A stretch of DNA of 43,766 bases from a virus: the IMG/VR virus record IMGVR_UViG_3300044898_000015, positions 1-43,766 of that record, one strand, 5' to 3'. The position numbers were made by a program, and so were the translations under genes. Below are positions 24,488 through 33,562 of this stretch, one piece after another (positions within the stretch are counted from its first letter, which is position 1; each line of letters begins with the position of its first letter). A model generated the notes under the pieces. That model had not been told where the DNA came from, did no database searches, and was given only the letters and a program-made list of their open reading frames with translations.

Positions 24488-25162
24488 CTAGCCTCCGCTC
24501 GAGAGCGCGATAAGCCTCTGCGTATCCGGCGACAAGTTAGGGAGCGCCGCGATCGACTGCCACGAATCAGCGACGGTGCCCGAGCCGGGAAGGTAGTGCT
24601 GCGCGGTACCGGGCATCTCGACCGATGGGTCAGCAGCCCCGACCGGTGTGCCTAGCGACGGAGGTGCGAGCTGCTGCTGCGACGTATCCACAGGCGCGCT
24701 GACCGCAGACGTCACAGGAGCCACCGCGCCAGCAGCCGTATCCGGTGTCTTCGCCGCACCAACAAGAAACTGCGAGAACATCGGGCCGCCCTGATCATGC
24801 GAAAACTGTGGCGCACCATTCTTCGCCAAACCGATCTCGACCCAGCCGACAAGCGCATGAGCGTTCCCGCCCGACACCTTCTGCAACGTCGCGACCGTGT
24901 CACCAGCCGCCAGCTTCTGGCCCGGCCTCAAGTTCGCCGGACGCGCGTGACCGACATAGATCTGCTGCCCCTTATGAGGGCCGTCCGTCAGCGTGTAGTA
25001 GACGGCCCACCCGAATCCGCCGGGGTTTGGCTTAACCGCGTCTACGACGGCGTCACCGATCGCGACGACGTTCTGGCCGGGGTTGCCCTGGTAGTCGATG
25101 CCCTGGTCGAAGTGTTTCACTTTGACGTTAGACGGGACAGGGTTGACGTACTGGCTAGCCAC
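24488..25162 (-). CDS. M23/LytM-family peptidase, 224 aa
   Basis: HFDQGIDYQG, YVGHA and NAHALVGWVEIG fit the M23 H-x3-D ... H-x-H layout. The GTG 25162 start is preferred, because the 396-aa ORF has an Arg-rich, spurious-looking N-terminus. Confidence 0.6.
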   Translation of the reverse strand: MASQYVNPVPSNVKVKHFDQGIDYQGNPGQNVVAIGDAVVDAVKPNPGGFGWAVYYTLTDGPHKGQQIYVGHARPANLRPGQKLAAGDTVATLQKVSGGNAHALVGWVEIGLAKNGAPQFSHDQGGPMFSQFLVGAAKTPDTAAGAVAPVTSAVSAPVDTSQQQLAPPSLGTPVGAADPSVEMPGTAQHYLPGSGTVADSWQSIAALPNLSPDTQRLIALSSGG

Positions 25163-25520
25163 CGACGAGCCTTTGCGTCGCAACCTGCGCATACGTTTTA
25201 ACCAAGTCGGAAGCGCCAGGGATGGAGGCGATGCCTTGCCACCACTGCGCGAGCCTCGCGTCATACGGGAGTTCTTCCGGCTGCGGCTGCGCAGGCTGCG
25301 CGACGGCTGCAGCAGGCTGAGGAGCGTGCGTACCACGCTGCGCCTTCCGGCTGTCACGCTTCGGCGCCGCGATCGGACCGGCCGCGACAGCAGCACCCGC
25401 CATCGGCGCGGCCCGAGCGAGTGACGCGTCCTTGGTCGCTTGACCGTACGGCTCCTCATCGCCCCAGCCCGACCACGAATTGACGCCATCTGGATTGTTC
25501 GCAACACCAGGCCTCGGCAT
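25155..25520 (-). CDS. Hypothetical Ala/Pro-rich protein, 121 aa
   Basis: The ORF lies directly downstream of the portal gene. Confidence 0.5.
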   Translation of the reverse strand: MPRPGVANNPDGVNSWSGWGDEEPYGQATKDASLARAAPMAGAAVAAGPIAAPKRDSRKAQRGTHAPQPAAAVAQPAQPQPEELPYDARLAQWWQGIASIPGASDLVKTYAQVATQRLVGG

Positions 25521-27596
25521 CTAGGACGCCTGTCCGAGTAGCGACTCCGGTGTCGGCGGCGCACCACCCGACTGACCAGTACCGATCTCGGCGAACTGCT
25601 CCTTCGGCTCACCATCAACCGTGTGAAACACAACCGGGAACGTCGCAGCATCCTGCAACGGCTGACGGTCAACGTCATCGGTCACAGCGATCTCGACCGC
25701 GTCCGCCGTCGACCCCTTCACGACAATCTCGCCGATCAGATACGCCTTCCCTTGCAACTGCACGTTCTGGAACGCCGCCAACGCGTCCTGAAGAGAGACC
25801 CCGGCCGAAGGAGCGGCAACGGCCGGGGCACCGGGCGCAGCCTGTGTGGGCGCGCCAGCCTGCGGTACCGGGGCACCAGCGGGGAGCGGAAGCGCCGGCA
25901 CCTTGAACTGTCCGCCCGCGCCTGGCCCGGCGAAGTTACCGATCGGCTGGCCGCCCGGCCCTGCGGCGGGCGGGCCTGCGCCGAGCGCGAGCAAAGGATG
26001 AGGAGCAGCCGCGGGCAACGGCGTCGCCTCAATATACGACGTCGCCTTCCCAACCGCCACATCAGCAGCCTCCGGCGACGGATCCTGCTGCAACGCCGCA
26101 ACAATCGCACCGATCACCGCATCATCGATCACCTCCGTGACGATCTCCTCGTTCATCGCCTCCGAATCGCTAATCCCGATCTGCTCACGGCCCCAACCCT
26201 TCGACGTCAACCCAGCACCCTGAGCCTGCAACGCCATCACAAGCTTCCCGTGCATATCGATGTACGGCGAGAACACAACCTCGTTCCTGGGCGAACCGAT
26301 GATCTCCTTACCCTTAAACGACACCGAGAACTGGCGCGGATTCAAGTCGAGCATCGACTGCGGCTGCACACCCTGCAAATAAACCTGGTCGTTCGTGTAC
26401 ATCCGCTGGTAGATCGTAAGCGCCTTCTCGTTCCACGACTCCAATGCGCGACCGATGCCGCCGCCCTGCACCATCTCCACCAAACTCCCCGTACCGGCGC
26501 CCTGCAAAGCGTTCACGGCCTTACCCGTGATCACCGACGCATCGAACTGTCCGAAACTGACGTCCGGCATCGACGTGTCCTGCTTGATCGCCCGCTCGTT
26601 CTCCTGCAACATCGCGACGGCCTCACCCATCGTCGCCGTCGGCGGCGCAAGAAAATACGCCTTACCGCCAGGGTTCACACCGATCGTCGCGCCCGCACCG
26701 AAATCGATCGTCTCATCGAACTTCATCGGATCCTCAAGAATCAGCCGAGGGAACACGTTCTCGATCATCGCCTGCATCATCAGCGAGTAGAGCGCGTTCC
26801 CGGCCTCGACAAGGTTCACCGACTGCTCAACCGCACCATGATTCCACGGCTCACCCGGAATCTCGATGAACGGCACCTGGTCGAACAAGTTGAAGTTCAG
26901 GTCGTGCTCGACACCGTTGACGAGCTCCTCGTCGACCCACCGGTAGAAGCACTTGTCGTCGCTGTACTCAAGAATCTCGGCTTGTTTCGACTGGCCTCCC
27001 TCCTCGCCCTTCCCCGACCAGTTCGGGAACTGCCGTTTCGCGCGTGCGGCCGGCACCTTCCACGAAAAGATCACCGCGTCCATCCGTGACCCATCGAACG
27101 ACGGGACCGGGAACGCCCACTCCGGCGAACGGATCACCGACATCACTGTGTTCCGGTCGAAGTCGGGCCAGATGCCGTGGAAGCAGTCGCCCATCAGCGG
27201 GCCGAACCAGCCGATCTGGGTGAGGCTGCGGTTCATGTTCGCTTGCGCCCACGTCGCGTACAGCACCCGCTCCTTCAGTGCTGCTTGCGCTTTCGCGCGC
27301 CGCGAATCGGGTCTTTCCGTGAACGTCCGGATCATCGGCAGCGACGACAGATACGACTGGTACTTGACGCACACTTCGAAGACGAGGTTGCGGACGAGCT
27401 TGATGTCGGGGCCGACATCGGAGACGGGCCGTGAAATGTCGCGGAAGATGCTGGCTACGCCGCGGGCAGTGGAGTCGACCTCGTTCCAGTAGCGGCCATG
27501 GTAAAAATCGCGGAGTCTCCGATGGCTGTTGTGGCGTTCCTGGTAGTCGGGTTCGAGCTCTTGTTTTAGCGCTTTCGCGTCGGCGTATGAGATCAA
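25521..27596 (-). CDS. Portal protein (691 aa)
   Basis: Supported by size, position in the head module, and an N-terminal RRLRDFYHGRYW-type segment. The C-terminus is Ala/Pro-rich. Confidence 0.6.
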   Translation of the reverse strand: MISYADAKALKQELEPDYQERHNSHRRLRDFYHGRYWNEVDSTARGVASIFRDISRPVSDVGPDIKLVRNLVFEVCVKYQSYLSSLPMIRTFTERPDSRRAKAQAALKERVLYATWAQANMNRSLTQIGWFGPLMGDCFHGIWPDFDRNTVMSVIRSPEWAFPVPSFDGSRMDAVIFSWKVPAARAKRQFPNWSGKGEEGGQSKQAEILEYSDDKCFYRWVDEELVNGVEHDLNFNLFDQVPFIEIPGEPWNHGAVEQSVNLVEAGNALYSLMMQAMIENVFPRLILEDPMKFDETIDFGAGATIGVNPGGKAYFLAPPTATMGEAVAMLQENERAIKQDTSMPDVSFGQFDASVITGKAVNALQGAGTGSLVEMVQGGGIGRALESWNEKALTIYQRMYTNDQVYLQGVQPQSMLDLNPRQFSVSFKGKEIIGSPRNEVVFSPYIDMHGKLVMALQAQGAGLTSKGWGREQIGISDSEAMNEEIVTEVIDDAVIGAIVAALQQDPSPEAADVAVGKATSYIEATPLPAAAPHPLLALGAGPPAAGPGGQPIGNFAGPGAGGQFKVPALPLPAGAPVPQAGAPTQAAPGAPAVAAPSAGVSLQDALAAFQNVQLQGKAYLIGEIVVKGSTADAVEIAVTDDVDRQPLQDAATFPVVFHTVDGEPKEQFAEIGTGQSGGAPPTPESLLGQAS

Positions 27597-27610
27597 GGGG
27601 CTCCGATCCG

Positions 27611-28132
27611 TTAGCCGTTGTTGACGATCCGCGGGACGAACGCGGACGCGGCGGGCGTGTAGGTGATGTAGACCGCGTACTCGTTCGCGGTCGCCGACCC
27701 GGATCCGAACGGGTCAGGTGCCGCCCCCGTCGTGTACGTGATGCCTCGCGTATAGACCCCGGGGCCCGACAGGTTGTAGTAGACGAGCATCGAGTTCGAA
27801 CTGACCCAGAACGTGATCCAGTATTTAGCCGCGTTGGTGAGCGAACCCGTGACGGTGAAGTCGACCCAGGCACCGTTTGGTGAGCCGGTGCCGTCAGCGA
27901 CGGACACTTCCGACGACATCGAAACAAGCGCACCCGGAACGCCCGCGTTGTCGGCGTAGATGCCGCAACGATGGCCGATCGCCGACCCTGACGTGTTCTT
28001 GATGAACGCCGAGACCTTGGTCACGGTCCCCGCTTCTGTCATCGTGTACGGCCCGGAAGCAATCAGGTTGTTGGCGATCCCGTTGAGAACGTTGCCCGCG
28101 CCTGGGGTAGAGGTAGTGCCGAGGGTCGCCAT
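27611..28132 (-). CDS. Hypothetical beta-rich protein, 173 aa
   Basis: Clean ORF. Its Gly/Ser/Thr/Asn-rich composition is suggestive of a jelly-roll or lectin fold. Confidence 0.5.
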   Translation of the reverse strand: MATLGTTSTPGAGNVLNGIANNLIASGPYTMTEAGTVTKVSAFIKNTSGSAIGHRCGIYADNAGVPGALVSMSSEVSVADGTGSPNGAWVDFTVTGSLTNAAKYWITFWVSSNSMLVYYNLSGPGVYTRGITYTTGAAPDPFGSGSATANEYAVYITYTPAASAFVPRIVNNG

Positions 28133-28165
28133 CTAGCCGCTCACCCTTTCTCGTCGTATGCTTCG

Positions 28166-28885
28166 TTGGTGATTCAATCTGTGAAGGCCCCGCTGCGGCC
28201 CCTCTACAGGCGGCTCGTTGCTCGCAAAGCGGTCAACACCGTGAAACGTCGGCGGCCCGCCTCGATCGTCGACGAAGTAGACTTCGCGCTCAGCTTCCAG
28301 ATCCGGGGCGTCCCGATCATGCCGTTCCAGATCCGCGCCGAGATCGCGCACCTTTTGAAGCTCGTCGCTGCGGAGCAGCCTCGGACGGTGCTCGAGATCG
28401 GGACGATGCGCGGCGGAACCCTTCTGCTATTCACTCGTGTCGCGGCCGACGACGCTCTGCTTGTCACCGTCGACCTTTCGGACGAGACGCGCCGGGAGTT
28501 CGGCGGCGACAACCACGCCGCGAACGCACCCCTGTACCGAGCATTCGCGCGCGGCACGCAGCGCGTCGAATTCATCGCAGGCGACTCCCACGAACCCGAC
28601 ACAACCAAGCGCATCACCGACACGCTCGAAGGACGACCCGTCGACTTCCTGTTCATCGACGGCGACCACACCTACGACGGCGTCCGCTCCGACTACGAGA
28701 TGTATTCGCCGCTCGTCCGGCCCGGCGGCCTGATCGCGTTCCACGACATCGTTGACGGGCCGGAGGACGCTGTCGGTGGTGTCCCCAAGTTCTGGCGTGA
28801 GATCAAGACCGAGTCAACCTGCGAACTAGTCCAAGACTGGGGACAGGGCGGCTACGGGATCGGCGTACTACGAGCCGCGAGCTAG
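28166..28885 (+). CDS. Class I SAM-dependent methyltransferase (Methyltransf_24/CmcI-like, O-methyltransferase type)
   Basis: SAM motif VLEIGTMRGGT and FIDGDHTYDGVRSDYEMYSPLVRPGGLIAFHDI. It is on the plus strand inside the minus-strand late operon. Its TAG shares a CTAG with the TAG of the convergent gene. Confidence 0.75.
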   Translation: MVIQSVKAPLRPLYRRLVARKAVNTVKRRRPASIVDEVDFALSFQIRGVPIMPFQIRAEIAHLLKLVAAEQPRTVLEIGTMRGGTLLLFTRVAADDALLVTVDLSDETRREFGGDNHAANAPLYRAFARGTQRVEFIAGDSHEPDTTKRITDTLEGRPVDFLFIDGDHTYDGVRSDYEMYSPLVRPGGLIAFHDIVDGPEDAVGGVPKFWREIKTESTCELVQDWGQGGYGIGVLRAAS

Positions 28886-30570
28886 CCAGCCTTGTCTGCC
28901 CCGATGTCGGGGACCGATGTCCGCGTGACACCGTGGATGTCAGTAGCCGGGAAGGTCACGGGGTCGCCGTGGGCTTTCGCGCACGTATCCGAAGCGGAGA
29001 GGTCGTAGTTCCCGGTTGTATCACGCGACGCGTCCGTAAACGTCGGATTGCAAACCTGCGCACCAGTCGAGCCACTACAGCCGGTGTCGGAGGTTGATCC
29101 AAACGAGTTATAGGTATAGGTCAGGTTCCGGTTGACGTTCCCGCAGGTGTAGCTTCCGGCCCGGTAGATGACCCCTCGCGAGATACCGGGTGTTCCGCCG
29201 CACGACACATTGATCGCGCTCACGGTGTCGTAGTCGAAGACGAAGTCGTTGGTGCTTCCGCACGACGCTCCCGCAGTACCTACCGGGAAGATCGTAATGT
29301 CGTTTCCGCCCGCCTCAAGGTTTAGCCCCGTCATGGTGTTTTCGATCTGGATGTGGTCGAGTGGTGCGCCGCCGACGTTCGAGGCGAGGATGTTGCTGGT
29401 CGCGTTCCGGTAGAAGTGCGAGTTCTTGATGACGATGTTCGTGCCACCCGCGAGCTGCATCCCGTCCGTGTGCGGAACGGCACCGTTCGTGCAAGTCGTC
29501 CCCGAAGCAGCTCCAACGCTTGGGTCACGCCAACGATCGACGTCGTGGACGGTCAGATTGTCGAACGTCACATGGTCAGCCGCCCGCGAGGTCCCGTTCC
29601 CGAGGTCGAGCCGGTTCACCTGGACCCCGTCCTCCCACGTCCCCGGCGGGAACCCACCCACCGCGAGGCACGCGTGGAGGCCGCTCACCGTCACGTTCTG
29701 GATCAGGATGTTGTCGCCCTTGATGTCGAGCTTCTCAAGCCCGGTCGAGTTCTTCAACGTCACATTCGTGATCCACGGCGCATTAATGCTCGGCGTCTCG
29801 AGGTCAGCGCCGCCCCCGTCGTTCGCGTTCGCGCTAGACGCCGGGAAGTTGATTCCATCGAAGGTCACGTAGCTCGTATTGACGGTGAGCCCGGCGACCG
29901 TCAAAGATGCGCCCCCGTCCGGCTTGAACGAGACGACGCTCGTCCCCTTATTCACGTACGGGATCGTCTGGACGCCGTAGGTGCCCGACTCGACGAGGAC
30001 GAGGTCGCCGCCCGACGCCGCCACATACGCAGCGTTCAAGTCCGAGCAAGCAGCGGCATCGACGTAGGCGACCGGGGTAGCGCTCCGGGTGCAGGTGCCG
30101 CCGTTCGAGTCGACAAAGATGTTGCCAACCGGCGGGCCGCCGCCCTGTCCTGAGGTGACCGTTACAGACTCAGACGCCACGTTATGGTTGCCCGCCGCGT
30201 CGCGGCAATCAGCCGAAAGGGTGTAAGTGCCGTTCCCTGACGAGCTCGAATCCCAAGTGATCGCGTAAGGGAACACGGTGTCGTCGAGCAGGTTCGCACC
30301 GTTCAGCTTAAACTGCACCCCTGCGACACCGATGTTGTCGGTACACGTAGCGGCCACGTTGACGGAAGACCCGGAAACCGTCGCACCCGAGGACGGGTCG
30401 GTGATCGCAACGATTGGAGGAGTGCTGTCTCTTCCACCGGGAGATCCCACCGGGACCCCCTGCCCCCAACCATAGTAGCCACCCACAGTCGCGCCAGCAG
30501 CGGCGATAACAGCGGCCGTTACTTTCAGCTTCCGACCCCGAGTCCACGGGTTGAACGCGGATGGGCTCAC
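28882..30570 (-). CDS. Exported or anchored protein with an Ig-like domain and a right-handed parallel beta-helix (polysaccharide lyase/depolymerase-like)
   Basis: N-terminal signal/anchor RGRKLKVTAAVIAAAGATVGGYYGWG and an Ig-like segment VNVAATCTDNIGVAGVQFKLNG...YTLSADCRDAAGN. It also has repeated beta-helix rungs such as NVTLKNSTGL, ILIQNVTVSGLH and IVIKNSHFYRN. Confidence 0.6.
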   Translation of the reverse strand: MSPSAFNPWTRGRKLKVTAAVIAAAGATVGGYYGWGQGVPVGSPGGRDSTPPIVAITDPSSGATVSGSSVNVAATCTDNIGVAGVQFKLNGANLLDDTVFPYAITWDSSSSGNGTYTLSADCRDAAGNHNVASESVTVTSGQGGGPPVGNIFVDSNGGTCTRSATPVAYVDAAACSDLNAAYVAASGGDLVLVESGTYGVQTIPYVNKGTSVVSFKPDGGASLTVAGLTVNTSYVTFDGINFPASSANANDGGGADLETPSINAPWITNVTLKNSTGLEKLDIKGDNILIQNVTVSGLHACLAVGGFPPGTWEDGVQVNRLDLGNGTSRAADHVTFDNLTVHDVDRWRDPSVGAASGTTCTNGAVPHTDGMQLAGGTNIVIKNSHFYRNATSNILASNVGGAPLDHIQIENTMTGLNLEAGGNDITIFPVGTAGASCGSTNDFVFDYDTVSAINVSCGGTPGISRGVIYRAGSYTCGNVNRNLTYTYNSFGSTSDTGCSGSTGAQVCNPTFTDASRDTTGNYDLSASDTCAKAHGDPVTFPATDIHGVTRTSVPDIGADKAG

Positions 30571-31430
30571 GGAGACGTCCAGGTCGTACGCACCTCGGAC
30601 CCCTTCGTCCCGGTCCCAGCGACATCACAGTCGAAGTGGAGCTTGTCTCCCGCCGCAACCGTCTGCGAACCGTCACTCTTGATGACAGCCGGAGTCGCAG
30701 CAGTACGAGACGACGTCTCGTTCGCGTCGATGGTGATGTTCGTCGTCAGCATCTCCGTCGAGTTCTTACGAAGACCGAGTGACGGCAGCCCCGACGACGA
30801 AACGGTCTTAACCGTCCAAACGGCGCCGGTGAGTGACCATCCGTCGAGGTCGGCCCCGACCTCGTACGTGTAGGAGGCGAAGTCCTCGGCGACCGCGAGC
30901 GCAGTACCGTCAGCGATCAGCACGAACTCTTTCGTGATCGTCGCCGCAGCCGGAATGACGAGTCCTCGCATGTTTAGCAGGTAGCCCGAAACGCTTGAGT
31001 CCGCGTGCAGCAACGGATGCGAAACCTGACCCGCCGTCGTCGGCTCAGTCGCCGTCAACGCGCCCGCCGTAACCGGGTCGAGGAAGTAGTCGCTCCCCGG
31101 CGTCAACCCCGTCAGACCGGTGAAGTAACCGCCGATCTGGATCGTGAACGCGTTCATGCCGCCGACAGCGGAAACGAGCCCGTCAACGTCCGAGTCGGCC
31201 GCGACATCCGCCTTCGCGGTGACGTACTTCGCCTGGCCGTTGTCGAAGCGTACGGCCTGGCCGACTGTGAACCCGTGCGCGGTCTGCGTGACCGCGTGCG
31301 TGATCGCGGTACCAGACGTCGCGCTCGCGTTCGAGATCGTCTGCAGCTCCGCGACCGCGTCAGCAAGCCGGTTCAGAAACTGGGTGCTCCAGTCAGACCT
31401 GTCAGTCGGAGACTCAACCGCGGTCGCCAT
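30567..31430 (-). CDS. Tail-fibre / receptor-binding-like protein, 287 aa
   Basis: AHGFTVGQAVRFDNGQ.YVTAKAD...VDGLVSAV...GSDYFLD resembles a fibre-domain pattern seen in prophage tail-fibre proteins. Confidence 0.4.
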   Translation of the reverse strand: MATAVESPTDRSDWSTQFLNRLADAVAELQTISNASATSGTAITHAVTQTAHGFTVGQAVRFDNGQAKYVTAKADVAADSDVDGLVSAVGGMNAFTIQIGGYFTGLTGLTPGSDYFLDPVTAGALTATEPTTAGQVSHPLLHADSSVSGYLLNMRGLVIPAAATITKEFVLIADGTALAVAEDFASYTYEVGADLDGWSLTGAVWTVKTVSSSGLPSLGLRKNSTEMLTTNITIDANETSSRTAATPAVIKSDGSQTVAAGDKLHFDCDVAGTGTKGSEVRTTWTSP

Positions 31431-32980
31431 CAGACCGGCCCCTGCTGCGCGTACGCCGGGTTACGAATCACCCGGCGCGAAATACGACGATTCCACATCG
31501 GCGCGTCCTTCTGTAGACGGTTCAAAGACCCGAACTTCGGCATCGACTCCTGCAAGGCCCGATAGGCGAACCACATAGCCATGACCGTGTCCGTAGTCCG
31601 GCCGGGATACTGAACAAGCTCGTCAACGAGCACAGCCATCTTCCGCTGCGAGTGCGCGTCCGCCCACGGGATATGCACCGCGCCACGCTCAAACCACGGC
31701 GACATCGACTGCACCCCCAGCTCCGGGTCAGGCTTGTTCACGCGCGTGGTGTAGTGCGGCTCGATCCGAAGCGCCTTGTCCTGCGCCTTCAGCTTCGACT
31801 CAACCTCCTGGGCGAGCCCCGCCTGGAACGAGTTAGCCTCGATCTTCGAGATCAGAAGCTGGTACTCCTCATGCTTCGAGATGATCGTGTCCACCTGCTG
31901 CGGCAACGTCCACTGGTCCCGCTCAAGATCGACCACCCAGAAGCAGCGGTCATGCAGAACACAAGAGCCGGCCGCAAGCACCAGGTGCGCGCAGAACTTC
32001 GCTGACCGCGTCAACCCCACAGCCGGGTCGAAACCGCCTACACGCTTCCAGTGCGTCTCGTAGCCGCCCACGGAGTAGCTGCGATCCAGGCAGCCGGGAA
32101 ACTCGACCGGCCCGATCGTCCCGCCCTTCACGTACTCCTCCTTGAACACCATCCGCGACGCGTCAACGGCGATGTTCCGGTACCGCTTGTTGAAGTTCAA
32201 AGTTCCCTGCTTCGCCTTCTGCTGCATCAGACGCTTCCACGGCCACCGCTCCGGCCACAACGTCTTGTGCTCCTCCTCGTCAACGATCGCGTCCTCGAGC
32301 TGCAGCTTCCAGAGGTTGCCGCCCTCGAACTGCATCCGCTCCAAATCCGCGTACAAGTCAGCAGGGTCGAACCGTGTGCCAACAACGATCAGTTGCGAGT
32401 CCTGATGCTCCGGCCCCGTCTCGACGCACAAGTCGAACCAGTCGCGCAGCTTCCGCCTCTGCTCCGGTGTCGCGCTGTTCTTGTCGGTGACGACGTCGTC
32501 GCAGATCGTCAGATCGGTGCGGTAACCGAGAACCGTTTTCGCGCCGGAACCGAACACCGTGATCGTCGGCTCCTTCGCCCTCCGCGTCCGCTTCTGCACC
32601 GACATACGACCCAACGCCCACGGCTTATCGTCCTGCGAGTCCGGCTTGAACGGGCCGAAATCACGGATCAGCTCCGTGTTGTCGGTCAACTCCGACTGGA
32701 TCACCGCCATGATCCCTTCGGTCTCCGTGTCGTTCTTACCGATGATCACGATCCGGACGTTCGGGTCCTTGCAGATCCGCCAGATCGGAAGCAGCGTCGA
32801 CACAATCGTCGTCTTGCCGTGCGTCGCGGGATAGAGGATGAGCGCGCGCACGTCCGTGCTCGCGGTGTGGATCAGTCGAAGGTGGAACTCTTCAAGCTTC
32901 GTGATCCGGTGCGGAAAGTAGCGCACTATGAACAATGCGGGGTTGTCGAGTAGTAGCTGGCGTTGCGCCTCGTCGATCAC
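31430..32980 (-). CDS. terL: Terminase large subunit
   Basis: Walker A-like YPATHGKTT, Walker B LTICDDV, coupling motif VVGTRFDPADLY, and a C-terminal nuclease-like half with GGFDPAVG. Confidence 0.85.
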   Translation of the reverse strand: MIDEAQRQLLLDNPALFIVRYFPHRITKLEEFHLRLIHTASTDVRALILYPATHGKTTIVSTLLPIWRICKDPNVRIVIIGKNDTETEGIMAVIQSELTDNTELIRDFGPFKPDSQDDKPWALGRMSVQKRTRRAKEPTITVFGSGAKTVLGYRTDLTICDDVVTDKNSATPEQRRKLRDWFDLCVETGPEHQDSQLIVVGTRFDPADLYADLERMQFEGGNLWKLQLEDAIVDEEEHKTLWPERWPWKRLMQQKAKQGTLNFNKRYRNIAVDASRMVFKEEYVKGGTIGPVEFPGCLDRSYSVGGYETHWKRVGGFDPAVGLTRSAKFCAHLVLAAGSCVLHDRCFWVVDLERDQWTLPQQVDTIISKHEEYQLLISKIEANSFQAGLAQEVESKLKAQDKALRIEPHYTTRVNKPDPELGVQSMSPWFERGAVHIPWADAHSQRKMAVLVDELVQYPGRTTDTVMAMWFAYRALQESMPKFGSLNRLQKDAPMWNRRISRRVIRNPAYAQQGPV

Positions 32981-33180
32981 TTAGCAGGCTTCTTGGTTCC
33001 GACCCTCACGATCGCCGGAGGAGCCTCGCCGAGCCACCGCTCGTTCTGCATCTTCAATGCTTCCTCCATCTGCGGCATGACGTTCGGCGGCCCATCACGT
33101 TTCACGACGGGCGACGGGTTGTCGTGCGCTTGGACGTGCGGGGGTGTCGGGTTTTTACGCCCGTATTTCGGAATCGCCAT
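32977..33180 (-). CDS. Hypothetical basic protein, 67 aa
   Basis: GGAGG RBS upstream. GTGA junction with terL. Confidence 0.5.
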   Translation of the reverse strand: MAIPKYGRKNPTPPHVQAHDNPSPVVKRDGPPNVMPQMEEALKMQNERWLGEAPPAIVRVGTKKPAK

Positions 33181-33189
33181 TCCGGCCTC

Positions 33190-33354
33190 CTAGCTGTGCT
33201 GGACCGCGTGAGCGGCGTGCGCGTTCAAGTTCGACTCCCACCGCGAGTTGACAAGCGCGATGTTCACGCCACGCTTCAAGGTGCCGCAGTCAGGACACGC
33301 CGCAAGCTTCTTGTCGAAGAACAGCGAGCACACCTGACAGCGAAGAAACGTCAC
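33190..33354 (-). CDS. Possible 54-aa zinc-ribbon protein (below the ORF-track cutoff)
   Basis: Hand translation gives VTFLRCQVCSLFFDKKLAACPDCGTLKRGVNIALVNSRWESNLNAHAAHAVQHS (CxxC...CxxC). Confidence 0.4.
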   Translation of the reverse strand: MTFLRCQVCSLFFDKKLAACPDCGTLKRGVNIALVNSRWESNLNAHAAHAVQHS

Positions 33355-33358
33355 CGGT

Positions 33359-33553
33359 CTACGTCACCGAAATCTTGTCGAACGTAGCCGCGGTAACACC
33401 AGTCCGCGGCGCCGCGATCTTGCTGTCGTTCCGCTTCAACGCGCCACGCGCAAGCCACACGTCAGCATCAGCCGACGACGCGAACACCAGCGTCCGCCCG
33501 CTCACATGGACAACATCCTGTTCGTCACGGTTCCAAAGGATCGTCTTCGCCAT
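33359..33553 (-). CDS. Hypothetical protein, 64 aa
   Basis: Clean ORF. Confidence 0.5.
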   Translation of the reverse strand: MAKTILWNRDEQDVVHVSGRTLVFASSADADVWLARGALKRNDSKIAAPRTGVTAATFDKISVT

Positions 33554-33562
33554 AGGTGTCTC

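Noticed and set aside
25623-27089. Long plus-strand and alternative-frame ORFs opposite real genes (for example 25623..27089, 26968..27933, 18309..19223, 23284..24036, 11522..12379, 36272..37432)
   Set aside because: All are Arg/Pro/His-rich with low complexity and lie antisense or out of frame to ORFs with recognisable motifs and proper codon bias. They are shadow ORFs expected at this GC content.
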